A model generated the notes under the pieces. It saw only the letters and a program-made list of their open reading frames with translations, did no database searches and was not told the origin of the DNA. A stretch of DNA of 64,000 nt from Haliotis rubra (taxonomy: Eukaryota), in the NCBI RefSeq assembly GCF_003918875.1, contig NW_025765003.1:4588001-4652000 (forward strand), read 5' to 3'. The position numbers were made by a program, and so were the translations under genes. Shown here one piece after another: positions 13,106 through 25,230 of the stretch. Numbering within the stretch: the first letter of the stretch is position 1; every line of letters begins with the position of its first letter.

Positions 13106-15723
13106 TGTTTCCAGTGTAGAGCTACAGATTAATGACAGGGTGGGTAGTGCATACCAACAACATACTTACCAACAAAATGCATGTCTAGATTTCCTGGAAA
13201 ACCATTCCATTATAAGCAGGGATGGATGGTTCTATAAATGTACCCCTGGTTGTATTTAGCTTGATAGACCGTTTACATGACACTTTTACCCCAGGGAATA
13301 CCCCCGGGGGTAACTGAATTTGCTCCACCTCTTGACCAGGGGCAGAATACCCCCATGTGGGTATAATTTACCCCCCTGTTAGACCCGTTTATACGACACA
13401 ATTTGCCTCTCAGGGGTATTTTAACCCCATGTGGTATTTTACCCCCGGGGGCAAAGGGGTGCATGTAAACAAGGCTTTAGACGTTCTATCGTTCGTACGC
13501 TGCAACTGAAGTCATTAGCAATGACTCGAGCATGTTGACCAGCGTGCGGACGTCCAATAGCTTGTTGTGGTTGATCTTTCGTTAACCTAGTCATAGCTGC
13601 TGTGTTCAGAAAACAAGTGAACGATTGCCATTCAAGCCGGCAATTTATGCCAGAATGCATTTATGATGCACGTGCATCTCGATTTCAATGTTGTGTTTGT
13701 GGGAACTTTTCCCTCTCCAAAAAAACAAAAACATTTCTAACTTCAATCTCAAACAATACTTTATTGGGCAATGCATGTTTCCTCAAACTTGACTTCTGGT
13801 GTATATTTAAAAAATAGGTTCAAATACTCCTTTGATACTCAAATGTCATTTCTAATATTACGACGTTTCTTTTGCCTTTCAGTAGATTCTAGTACTTTGT
13901 GGGTTTTTGAATTCCACCGCTGATTTTGTATGTGTGCTGGCGATTAGGTACCTCACTCCGAGAGAGTGGGTTCGAATCCCGGATGGGACTCAACCCAACA
14001 AAAGTACCAGAATATGTACTTTACTAAGAAAGTCCAATCCCAAATATAACATAGGTTGGATCTGTATATTGGTGGAGTGAATGGCTGATGGTAATGTCTG
14101 AATGATATCTGGTTCAACAACATCCACATAGCATTTGTTGTGTTCATACGCCACGTGAACCACATAGCATTTGTTGTGTTCATACGCCACGTGAAAACTG
14201 CTTAATAATATAAACACACTTATGCTCACAGTTATCAGTGTTGGTAAGTAATACATACATCCTGCTCTTCCAGAAATCCGGGTTGGGTGGTTTTTCCGGG
14301 AACGGAGATATACAGTTAGTGACCCTGACCTTCGCACTTCCGGGATTATGGCCTCCAACACAAAAGGCGTAAGTAACAATGCTATGTTGAAGGCATGCAA
14401 CAATTCTCGTCTTTGTTAAAACAGGAGGTAAACATAGTCACGTGGCCGGTCTTAAACAGCACTGTGGCGGATCCAGAAGTTGTTTTCGAATAGTTTTTTT
14501 TTTACAGATACCCACTTTTGAAATACTTATATAAACCATCCAACTGACCCAAATAGACGAACTACCTTCCTGGTATAATTGTCTGTTTGTTAAAGGGCGT
14601 TTATGTCAGAATCAGTTTGTGTTTAGGTCATTCGGTGCATGCAGCATATTACCGGACAGGGTTTAAATTAAAAGGTTAATGCTGCGCTATTTCGGAGTCT
14701 TTAAAATACCAAAACGAAATCAACAGAATCCTTGTAAGTTGCTTTTGCCAACCAAATTTGCTTAATTGGAGTATTTATTGAGATCTTGATCAATAAATAC
14801 CTCAACAAAGACATCAAAATAACAAAATATCTGGTTTGGTTTGGTACTTCACAAGCCAACAAAATATTAAACCATGTAATTTTCTCTGCAAATAGACATA
14901 TTTATTTAGGTAATATCAAAAAAAACAATTCCCAATTTAATTAACTATCTGAAAACTTTAGATTTCATCCCATATCTCAATCATTGACTATGTTCAACCA
15001 CCCTGTAGAAGCTGGTATGTGTCAATGTAATTTACTGGTATGTTGCTTCTGTTACCGAGGCGGCAGTGTAGCCCAGTGGTTGAGTGGTTGACCCGGGTTC
15101 TATTCCCCATATGGGTACTTTGTGTGGACCTGTCTCTGATGTCTATGATATTGCTGGAGTGTTCCTAAAAGCGAGGTTACGCTAACTCACTCATTTCTGT
15201 TACAATAATATGTTTGCATCTATGTAACTATGGGAATGAATAAACACACACACACACACACACAAAAACACACACACAAACAACACACACACACACACAC
15301 ACACACACATTGCTTAATTAACGAAATATGCAAACAATTTAAAAAACGACGTGAAAGATGTATTCTATGAACACTCGGTGTTATCTCTGATTTGTAGTGA
15401 TTCATTTATACAGTTTTCATACATCTCTACGGCTAATAATCGACAATCGAATATTCTCTGGAGATGACGTGTTAAACGTCTGTGATTTCCTCCCGTTTGG
15501 TGAGCAAAGGACATGTTCAAGGTCAGAATGGCTACTACCAACGAATTTGCGAATACATCATGGGGACATTTCGCTGAAATATTATAAAATAAAAAAGTAA
15601 AATCACAGGTCTAAGAAAAAGATAATGTCACTCATTATGAAAAGCAAGGGACAAGGTGTGAAAAGTGCGTTTTGTATTTATAAATGTTATAAAAATATCC
15701 AATTAGAACAAGTTCATAGGTTT

Positions 15724-15983
15724 GAGTGAGTGAGAGTTTAGTTTTACGCCGCACTCAGCAATATTCCAGCTATTTGGCGGCTGTCTGTTAATAATCGAGT
15801 CTGGACCAGACAATCCACTGATCAACAGCATGAGCATCGATCTACGCATCTGGGATACGATGACATGTGTCAAATAAGTCAGCGAGCCTGACCACCCGAT
15901 CCCGTTAGTCGCCTATTACGATAATCATGGGTTACTAAAGATCTTTTCTTAAAGAGCAATTCTAACCCTGATCTTGACGGGTC
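15724..15983 (-). mobile_element. SINE family B, full length
   Basis: Family-B consensus with TSD tcatag(g/a)tttgag on both sides. Confidence 0.85.
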
Positions 15984-16209
15984 TCATAGATTTGAGAATT
16001 TGACCTTCACATGCATAGGTAAGACTAGAATTTGTCGTAAAGATTTCTTAACATCAGCACTAGAACAAACTTTTAGCGAAAGCTCATTTTCTTTGGAAAA
16101 GACGATCATGGCAATACAGTCTTAGGGTAATGTGTATCTTGGGTCAAAGACTTGCTTACAGTTCCCTTTTTTCAAACTGTTGTAACCATTTAATGTCCTT
16201 TGTCATGTC

Positions 16210-16322
16210 AAAAGTGTAAACCCTGAAAGCGAAAGAATGAAAAAGGACAATGGACGCCGTTCTATATATTAAACAGGTCTGACGTAAACAGAGAGAACGT
16301 ACCCAGTTTGGGGGATTACTTC
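16210..16322 (+). promoter_or_regulatory. Putative promoter of the TIFA-like gene: IRF-E/ISRE-like, TATA, CRE-like and kappaB-like motifs
   Basis: aaaagtgtaaacc (16210), gaaagcgaaag (16225), tatatattaaa (16263), tgacgtaa (16280), ggggattact (16311). Candidate 5'UTR intron 16335-16546 (gtaaat...ttttccatccatag) ends 9 nt before the ATG. Confidence 0.45.
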
Positions 16323-16555
16323 ATAACAAACAACGTAAATAATTTAAAAAGTGTGTCGATTGTGACTTACACGTCTGTTGTTTGCATGTTGCCAAAACGC
16401 TCCACTACATTTCTTGTGTACGTCAGTCTATACAATACTGTCTTTACCCTGTATAATACGTTGTTATTTCCCTTTGTACTGGGCAAACAATGGTCTTTAG
16501 ATTTGACAGTTACCTTGCCCTATCGAGATATGTTTTCCATCCATAGAGTACCACG

Positions 16556-17359
16556 ATGAAAGACACGTCTGCAGCCACAGTGGAAGCACCCAGTCGTCTG
16601 CTGATGTTCTACCAACCAACCCTCAGTAACAGTATCTCAGCGTACTTCCCTTGTCACGTGATCAGAAAACATGTTGGAGAGAAGGTGACCGTAGGTCGAA
16701 GTTCATGTGCAGACGTTCGGTTGAACGACGAGCGTATGTCAAGGACGTACGCGGAGATCTGGAACGATGGGAGGGACCCATTTGTCTTCAAAATCCGTAA
16801 CATCAGCGAGAGGAAGATGTTGCTGGTCGACAGCAAAGTACTGAATAAGGATGAGCAGGCTTCCATCAAAGATAACTGTACCCTTAAACTTGATTTTGTA
16901 GAACTTCTCCTGAAGGTGTGCCCGGGAGACGCCATTGCGGAGACCTACGAAGTCAGCGTTATCAAGAACGCTGTGGTCGGCAGGGGGCCTCTATGTGGCT
17001 TTGGGTCTTCTTATGGAGACACCGTCCCATCATCCTCACTCCTACGTTGTCTCATGTCCCCCACAGACTCCGAGGGGCACCGTGCGACTGGGAAAGATCC
17101 TGCAAACTCTCTCCAACCCCTTTCCCACGAGCCTCTAAGCAAAGGTTCAAAAAATGACCTTGACTCTGGTTACGTCTTCGACACAAGTGGAAAGTATCGC
17201 CCAAACATTCCAGCCAATCACCATCCAGCATCCATCCCGCGGTGCCACGACTGCCTGAGAGCAGTTCCTGGTAAGAGAGGGTTATCTCCTTGCGAAAATA
17301 GTGACGTCATCAACGATGGTACAACAGACGAAAATATCGCGCTTGATAATGTGTTGTGA
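16556..17359 (+). CDS. TIFA: TIFA-like FHA-domain TRAF-binding adaptor, 267 aa, single coding exon
   Basis: Collinear similarity to remembered human TIFA: AATVEA~DADTEET (pThr9), LLMFYQP~LQMTVYHP, VGRSS~FGRNS, DERMSR~DKQVSR, FKIRNISERKMLLVDSKVL~FEIKNMSKKTNLIVDSREL, SPCENSD~SPTEMDE (TRAF6 motif). Confidence 0.8.
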   Translation: MKDTSAATVEAPSRLLMFYQPTLSNSISAYFPCHVIRKHVGEKVTVGRSSCADVRLNDERMSRTYAEIWNDGRDPFVFKIRNISERKMLLVDSKVLNKDEQASIKDNCTLKLDFVELLLKVCPGDAIAETYEVSVIKNAVVGRGPLCGFGSSYGDTVPSSSLLRCLMSPTDSEGHRATGKDPANSLQPLSHEPLSKGSKNDLDSGYVFDTSGKYRPNIPANHHPASIPRCHDCLRAVPGKRGLSPCENSDVINDGTTDENIALDNVL

Positions 17360-17539
17360 GATGCTATTGATGTAAGGGCGTTTATATCTTAATGTAAAGT
17401 CTTTTAGCACTTCTATCCCATAATTTCGGACTGTGTCAAGTGTCCTGGAGAAAACAACATGGATGAGGTCTAATGTCAGTAGGGCTGTTTCCGCCCTGCT
17501 GGTATTAATACCGTATCCAGGTCATTCAATACTGCACTT

Positions 17540-17594
17540 CAGCTGGTGACCACAGCTGGTGACTACAGCTGGTGACCACAGCTGGTGACTACAG
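17540..17594. repeat. 13-bp tandem repeat cagctggtgac(c/t)a x4 in the presumed 3'UTR
   Basis: Visible tandem units. Confidence 0.8.
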
Positions 17595-19189
17595 GGACCA
17601 CCTATGAGTCTCAATTATTTAATAATATCAGTAAATTGTTACTCGTGTGTGCAAAGGATAATATATATAGTTTGGCATGAAATGCATGTGGACCCGGTTT
17701 TTGTAAATATCTCTTCATCCAATGACCCAATCGATCTCAAACTGTGCAAGTGGATGTTTTGTCAGACAACCTAATCACATTGTAAATCACCGATTTTATG
17801 CATTTGTATTAAAGAATCTGTCTATGTAACTGTCAACAAAATAAACAGCAGAACGCAGACGGCTTGCAGAGGGAGGGAGCCAATGACCTGTAACAGTGGC
17901 AGTGTTGGGTCATAAAGGTCATGATGAAGAGATATTTACAAAAAAACGGATCCACATGCATTTCATGCCAAACTATAGAATCCAAGAAGGGACATTGTCG
18001 CTATGTCGCATTGTCGCCCTTTGGATGAATAAAAAATGTTATTCAAAGCGCGACAAATGGACAAAATGTCGCGTTGTCTCATTGATGCATTGTCGCACTT
18101 TAGTCAATTTTGCTACTTTTTGCTTGTTTCTGTGAGGGGGACAACGCAACAATTTCCCTTCTAGGATTCCATAATAATACAATCACAACTGCCTGTTACT
18201 GATTGTTTACGTTTATCGAGCATGTTGTATTATTGCACGATTTGGGGGCATGGATGGCCCAGTCATCTGAAGCTGCCGCATTTCTCTGTTCACGGTTACG
18301 TCTCTTGGACACGCCTGAGGTATAATGATTGGGGATCCGAATCCAAGATCGCCCTGTATATAGGTCCGTCAGTACCTTGCCATGGTCGTGGCCTGCAGCA
18401 TGTTGGACTTTCCTCAAACTCCCTCAAATGAAATATTGTTGAAAGTGACTCACCCACGCACGCACGCACGCACGCACGCACACACGCACGCACTCGCTCA
18501 GCATTCTATTTTGTTCAAACTGTATCAGAACTTGTTGTCCACGCCTCGCCGAACAGGGCTCCGTTCCCCAATGCGATCTTAGCGCTGAGACGGTCATAAG
18601 TCTCTTACTTCAACATTGTCTCACGACTGTCGTAGCGCTACGATCGCTTTGTGAAAAGGAGTCCTTGGTCGTATTTGAGATGTAGCCATTATATATAGAT
18701 AGTTGTCCGATAGTTCGCATGTTTACAAAGTTAGATATAATAGGTCAGAAACAAGAATATTGTTTGTACTCCAAGGCAGTTTGTGAAATGATACATAATG
18801 TCTTTCTTCCCTGCGTACAAACATTTGAGTTAACCCTTTGTGTGTTAAAACGATGTTTTTGCGGCTTGTCATGATAAAGGGCTAGTATACCGACGATCTG
18901 TAAATGACTGAAATACATTGTGAAGAATACTCAATATCTCTTATTCGAGACACGTTAGTTGAGTATTCACTATTCAAGAGCAGCATTATATTAGCCCGGC
19001 CATAATTAAAACAAAACTTCTAACATAAAAATATTGTATTTTATTATTTTTTTAAATATTTCGTGAATAATTACATATCATCATGTTCATTGTCATGCCC
19101 TAGAGTTGGGCAAAAAGTTGTTACCAAGGGGATTTTGGAGATACCGAACATACGTCATCTTATTGTGAAACAAGCGTTACTGTCCAACA

Positions 19190-19385
19190 TTGTTTGTTTG
19201 TTTGTTTGTTCACGCCGCAGCTATGTGGCAGCGGTCTGTAAATAATCGAGTCTGGACCAGATAACCCACTGATCAACAGCATGAGTATCGAACTACGCAA
19301 TTTTGATACGATGACATGTGTCAGCCAAGCGAGCGAGCCCTTTGCGTCAAGCATCGGTTGCGACAAATATGGGTTACTGAAGACC
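19190..19385 (-). mobile_element. SINE family B, degenerate
   Basis: Family-B body with (aaac)n tail. Confidence 0.7.
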
Positions 19386-19723
19386 TGCCAAACCAGAATT
19401 TATTTCACAGATTAAGTTTTGTAAAGTGGTCAATCGAACCCGGGTCTTCGATCTGACGAGCGAAAGCTTTAACCACTAGGCTACCCCACCGACCAAATAC
19501 AACTTGTGTCATAAGTGTTCGGGTCCGACTGTGATACCTGGTGCTTTGATCATGCTATTGACCATGTGTTTGACTCATTTATGTAAGTGAAATAACTAGA
19601 ATATAGCTTCATGCGGCGTAAAACAACATACCAGCCAACAAACAAACACACGGCAAGGTGCACACATAGACGTGTTACACAGTATAAAACAGATGCTGGG
19701 TGGGGTTGCACAAAGTGAGCCCA

Positions 19724-20347
19724 GGTGACCGTAACTCCCCTACCTTAACATAGACTAACGACAGTCTTAGCGCTAAGGTGACCGTAACTCCCCTACCTTA
19801 ACATAGACTAACGACAGTCTTAGCGCTAAGGTGACCGTAACTTCCATACATTAACATAGACTAACGACAGTCTTAGCGCTAAGGTGACCGTAACTCCCAC
19901 ACCTTAGCATAGACTAACGACAGTCTTAGCGCTAAGGTGACCGTAACTCCCACACCTTAGCATAGACTAACGACAGTCTCAGCGCTAAGGTGACCGTAAC
20001 TCCCACACCTTAACATAGACTAACGACAGTCTCAGCGCTAAGGTGACCGTAACTCCCACACCTTAGCATAGACTAACGACAGTCTCAGCGCTAAGGTGAC
20101 CGTAACTCCCACACCTTAGCATAGACTAACGACAGTCTCAGCGCTAAGGTGACCGTAACTCCCACACCTTAGCATAGACTAACGACAGTCTCAGCGCTAA
20201 GGTGACCGTAACTCCCACACCTTAGCATAGACTAACGACAGTCTTAGCGCTAAGGTGACCGTAACTCCCACACCTTAGCATAGACTAACGACAGTCTCAG
20301 CGCTAAGGTGACCGTAACTTCCATACATTAACATAGACTAACGACAG
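19724..20347. repeat. 53-bp tandem repeat, about 12 copies
   Basis: Unit ggtgaccgtaactcccacaccttagcatagactaacgacagtctcagcgctaa; copies are near-identical. Confidence 0.95.
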
Positions 20348-20499
20348 CATCCAACACCAATATCAAGCCATTTCCGTTACCTCTGTACAGTACATATATG
20401 TCAGCGTGACCTTCTAATTGATTGTTGTCAATTCATTGGACCATGCATACAGGTAATTGGAAACAGAAAGTAGCATATATGACGTCTCTACACATCTCC

Positions 20500-21900
20500 C
20501 TGGATGTGTCTGTGTGGGAAAGGAAATGTACCCCATAACCACAGAAATTTCAGGTAGGACCTCACTAAAATATTAATATTAAAATTGATACATATTGTAT
20601 GAATTCCATAGAAATTTGTTTTGTTGTTGAACGCCACACTCCCCACAGCGAATCCCAAATCATAGTACTGAGATCAACCGATCGTCAATGCACTAAATCG
20701 AACTCTGAAAAGGTGCCATCAGTGCCCCTGAATATGTGACAACAGTCTGTTACCATCTGAAACAATAGATCAATAAACATTCACACGTCGTTGATACATG
20801 AAATGCTATTTCCGAATTATTACAGTTCAAGGAAATCAGGTCAGATAGATTTCCAAGAAACCGGTCGCTGTCAAAAGCCAGGCAAGTTGTCGTGGGTACC
20901 TGACTCTTTAGGGGAACTGTGCCCTACCCCCAACGGGACATTAACGTGTAATTTTACTATTATATGACATCTCTAGGAGTTAATTTCTCGCTAATCTTCT
21001 CATTCTTACCAATGTCTCTAACGTGCCGAAAAAACCCCGTTTGTATAGATTATTGAACATTTCAAGCTTGCAGTTGTGATATGTATATATTGACATGTAT
21101 ATTTATGTTTAACACTAACATACATTATCAACTTCTGTGTTTCCTGTATAACCAGTCCTTTGTATATGGAATAAAATTATGTTTCTGTAATTTTTACTCC
21201 TTTCGTTTAACACTCTGCCTTTTTACATCACCTCCGTGTTTGTAAACACACTAAGCTGCTGCCTATTGCCACGTTACCATGGCTATGTCTGTTTGGGAAA
21301 GGAAATTTACCCCATAACCAAAGAATATTTCAGGTAGGGCCTCAATAAACTATGAATATTAAGATGTAATAATTATTGTAAGAATTCCTAATAAAACACA
21401 ATCAATCATCAATGCACAGGTCACAATACAACCAGTATGTGATATGATGTGTATAGATTTATATAAATCGAACGCTGAAAAGGGGCCATCAGTGCCCCTG
21501 AATGTATGACAATAGTCGGTTACCATCTGAAACAATAGATCAATAAACATTCACACGTCGTTGATAAATGAAATGCTATTTTCCGAATTATTACAGTTCA
21601 AGGAAATCAGGTCAGATAGATTTCCAAGAAACCGCTCGCTGTCAAAAGCCAGGCAAGTTGTCGTGGGTACCCGACTCTTTAGGGGAACTGTGGGGAGATG
21701 AACGTGTAATTTCACTATTATAAGACATCTCTCCGTGTTTATTTCTCCTGAATGTTCAATGTATTTGTAACGTTTCGAAAAAAAACCACAACGTTTGTAT
21801 AGAATATTTACCATTTCAAGCTTGCAAATGTTATATTTAGCACTAACATGTATTAACATGTATTAGTCCTGGTTATGAGGAATAAAATGATGTTTACAGC
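20500..21900. repeat. Local segmental duplication (about 20500-21130 vs 21285-21900)
   Basis: Shared blocks gggaaaggaaat(g/t)taccccataacc and ccatctgaaacaatagatcaataaacattcacacgtcg...ggcaagttgtcgtgggtacc. Confidence 0.85.
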
Positions 21901-22938
21901 ATCTTTTACTTATTAGCTACAAAAATAATCTTAATTTAGTTGAAGATGAAATACACGTTTTACTTTATTGTAAAGCCTACTTAGATATATGGAATAAGTT
22001 TCTGGGTAAATATTTGAAACATCCTATTTCACAAAACAGCTCTATAAACATAATGACTTCAACAAACATAAATGTTATAAATAATTTGTGCCTATTTTTA
22101 TATAATGTTGGGAAAAGAAGAGATTCTGATGTTTTTATGTAAAACCAGGGATAATCTACAACGTTATATAGTCTCCCTGGTAAAACGCATGTAACTTCTT
22201 ATCATATTTATTAATGTATTTTGGGCCAGTGGCCTATTACTGAATAAAATGTCTGTCTGTCTGTCTGTCTGTGTATACTTATTTCATTTTAACACTTCGC
22301 TTTGTAACATCACTTCAGTGTTTGTAATCACAATGGCTGTCTATTGACAGCAGACCGTGAACAAATCCCCAAGTACATTTCGTTTTTCGTCACCTCGATT
22401 CTGTAGGGACTGTTAACTGTACTAACTTATAATGCAATGTCTAGTCGATGCTTGGCAAGCTTAACAATAGCTAAGGTCACGGTCGCTTGCAGGGTATTCA
22501 ATGTTGTGTTGCCCGGTCGGGTAGTGTGGCGAATGACGCAACCATATCGCTATAAATATACATACACAACACACAACACACAAAACCAGCCTAACAACAT
22601 TTCTTATTTTGAAGCATAACGTTGGATGGTATATTAAACGTCATTAAATTTAACGTCGCTTTGAGCAGTGTACCCGTTACATCTCGGGCGTTATATTCTA
22701 TTCTACCATGACTACGTGAAATACTCGAAGTTGATTGGACAGTCAATACCATTAGACACTATCAATTGAAAATATGTCTGATTTCATGACGCGTTCGGCT
22801 TCAAATGAAATTTAGAGACTATCAATTCGGCCTAACATTCATCTAATTTCCAAACACAGTACGTTTATATCCTAAGTAATAGATATAAACATAACACGTC
22901 AGTGCAAAAGAATACCCTGTCTTTATCATGACACAGAT

Positions 22939-23185
22939 ACCCGTGAAGATCCAGGTTAGGATAGGTCTTTTTAGCAATCCATGCTTGTCGTAAGAGGCGA
23001 CTAACGGGATCGGGTGGTCAGGCCCGCTGACTTGGTTGACACATGTCATCGTATTCCAGTTGCGTTGATTGATGTTGATGCTGTTGATCACTGGATTGTC
23101 TGGTCCAGACTCGATTATTTACAGACCGCCGCCATATAGCTGGAATGTTGCTGGGTGCGGCGTTAAACAACAAATTAGCCAACCC
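22939..23185 (+). mobile_element. SINE family B, full length
   Basis: Starts acccgtgaagatcc; cagatac flanks both ends. Confidence 0.85.
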
Positions 23186-24930
23186 AGATACAGATTCCGT
23201 TTTGTGTAAAGGACAAAATAGTTGTGCAAATCAAATAAATGGTCCACAGAAAAGCCGTGATGACATCAGGTGTTGGCAAAAGAGGTTAGCACATCCTGCA
23301 CTCCCGGTAGCACCCGCTATTTACACAATTTACCCCACAAGTAAGTATTTACACAGCAGTAGACCTGGTAAGCAAGGGAGGGCGGCCCCTTACCAATCAA
23401 ATAATCGGGGAACAGGAAAATCCATAACTTCTTTGAGTGCAAGAAATTTAAGGTATCACATTTGATCTTTTACTTGATAGGAGTTTACTTCCAGTGCTTG
23501 CAAGTAAAGAAAAGCTTCAATCTTCGGGCTATTCACTGTGAACGATGCTTTCCAACCTCATAGTGTTTGATCAGGTAGGGCCTCAATAAACTATGAATAT
23601 TAAGATGTAAGAATTATTGTGAGAATTCCTCATAAAACACAATCATTCGTCAATGCACAGGTCACAATACAACCAGTATGTGATATGATGTGTATAGATT
23701 TATATAAATCGAACGCTGAAAAGGGGCCATCAGTGCTCCTGAATGTATGACAACAGTCGGTTACCATCTAAAACAATAGATCAATAAACATTCACACGTC
23801 GTTGATACATGTAAAGAAAAGCTTCAATCGTCGGGCTATTCACTGTGAACGATGCTTTCCAACCTCATAGTGTTTGGAACGAGCTGAGTGGCACCAGAGT
23901 TCGAAGCGAAAAGGAGTTTGGGAGACAGCTGTTGGATTAATTGACATGACCGACTGGAGGCAATCGTCATTATGAGTAAGTGAGTGAGTTTAGTTTAACG
24001 CCGCACTCAGCAATATTCCAGCTATAAGGCGGCGGTGAGTAAATAATCTGGACCCGACAAGAAGAATGACTGATCAGAAATAACCCATACACCTACACAA
24101 ATACTCCGAAATTGAATTCCTGTTTTAGAACCATTATAACATTGTTTATTGATATAAATACGACAGTCCTCCATATACTATTTTCAATGATCCTATACCC
24201 TCGAGTATATATCAACATACTCGAATAAGTTGGATAACTGGTGATGTTGGACAGAGTGTTTCGCCGAATTTAGAAAACCTCGTAATGTCTCTCAATGTAA
24301 CGTGAATAGATTATTTAAATCATTTGGTAATAGATTTGATAAACTATTCACTGTTAAGTAAGACTGGGATGTAAATAACGATTGAACCGCAACAAGATTT
24401 TTCAGATCCATTCAAGATGATCCTACTGGCTGATGTGGTTACCATAACGAAGGCAGCCTCATTTACTGGTTCCATTGTTTGAATTATTATGATAATACAT
24501 CAACATGTTATTTTGACATTAAAACCTATAATCACAAAACCGTGATGTGTGGAAATAGTGTGTTTTAAGAATGTATTCCAAAAAGGCAAACCTCAGGTAA
24601 TACTTTGTATGCTGGTTGTATTCTCGTCCAGTATTTGATGGACAAACTGCTAATGTTTTTACTGGGACGCAATATGTGACTGCAATGAGACCGCAAACTT
24701 GTAAACTGAAGTTTGTGTACTTGTTTTTTCTAGAATTTGGTGAAAATGGGGAACTGGTGTTCATGTATTAGAAGGTCATCGGCGACTGGCTCGGTGACCG
24801 GCCCGGCACCAAGGAAACAAAGGAGACAACCCGTCTCAGATCAACCATGTGGTAAGATGATCACAGGTTCTTACTCAAGATCCTGTTCCACGGCAACTCT
24901 CTGCCAGTCCTATTAAATCAAGAACATCGT

Positions 24931-25060
24931 NNNNNNNNNNNNNNNNNNNNNNNNNNNNNNNNNNNNNNNNNNNNNNNNNNNNNNNNNNNNNNNNNNNNNN
25001 NNNNNNNNNNNNNNNNNNNNNNNNNNNNNNNNNNNNNNNNNNNNNNNNNNNNNNNNNNNN
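24931..25060. other. Assembly gap (130 N)
   Basis: Run of n. Confidence 1.
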
Positions 25061-25065
25061 GTTAA

Positions 25066-25230
25066 AGTGAGTAAGTGAGTTTAGTTTTACGCCGCTTTTA
25101 GCAACATTCCAGCCTATATCACGGCAGGGGACACCAGAAATGGGCTTCACACATTGTACCCATGTGGGGAAACGGTTACGGGTCTTCGGCGTGACGAGCG
25201 AACGCTTTAACCACTAGGCTACCCTACCGT
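25066..25230 (-). mobile_element. SINE family A
   Basis: Family-A consensus on the minus strand. Confidence 0.82.

Larger units (their letters stand above)
11455..13476 (+). mobile_element. PIF/Harbinger DNA transposon, degenerate two-gene element
   Basis: TIRs agccttgtttacatgcacc / ggtgcatgtaaacaaggct, flanked by TAA and TTA. Contains convergent HARBI1-like transposase (+) and Myb/SANT trihelix (-) relics. Confidence 0.85.
11002..13884 (-). mobile_element. Tc1/mariner relic interrupted by a Harbinger element
   Basis: About 80-bp TIRs tactgaaaggcaaaagaaacgtcgtaatatt... and ...aatattacgacgtttcttttgcctttcagta. The transposase N-terminus (MTRLTKDQ...VRTIERL, 13594-13477) continues as RVRYNATSSTDDRPRSGQPR below 11452. 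Confidence 0.88.

Noticed and set aside
19724-20347. CRISPR-like regular array
   Set aside because: The units are contiguous with no unique spacers, there are no cas genes, and the context is eukaryotic.
24400-24860. Possible upstream exons of the STAND-ankyrin gene
   Set aside because: Splice-like signals exist, but the frames contain stops, no domain is recognisable, and the region is adjacent to the assembly gap.
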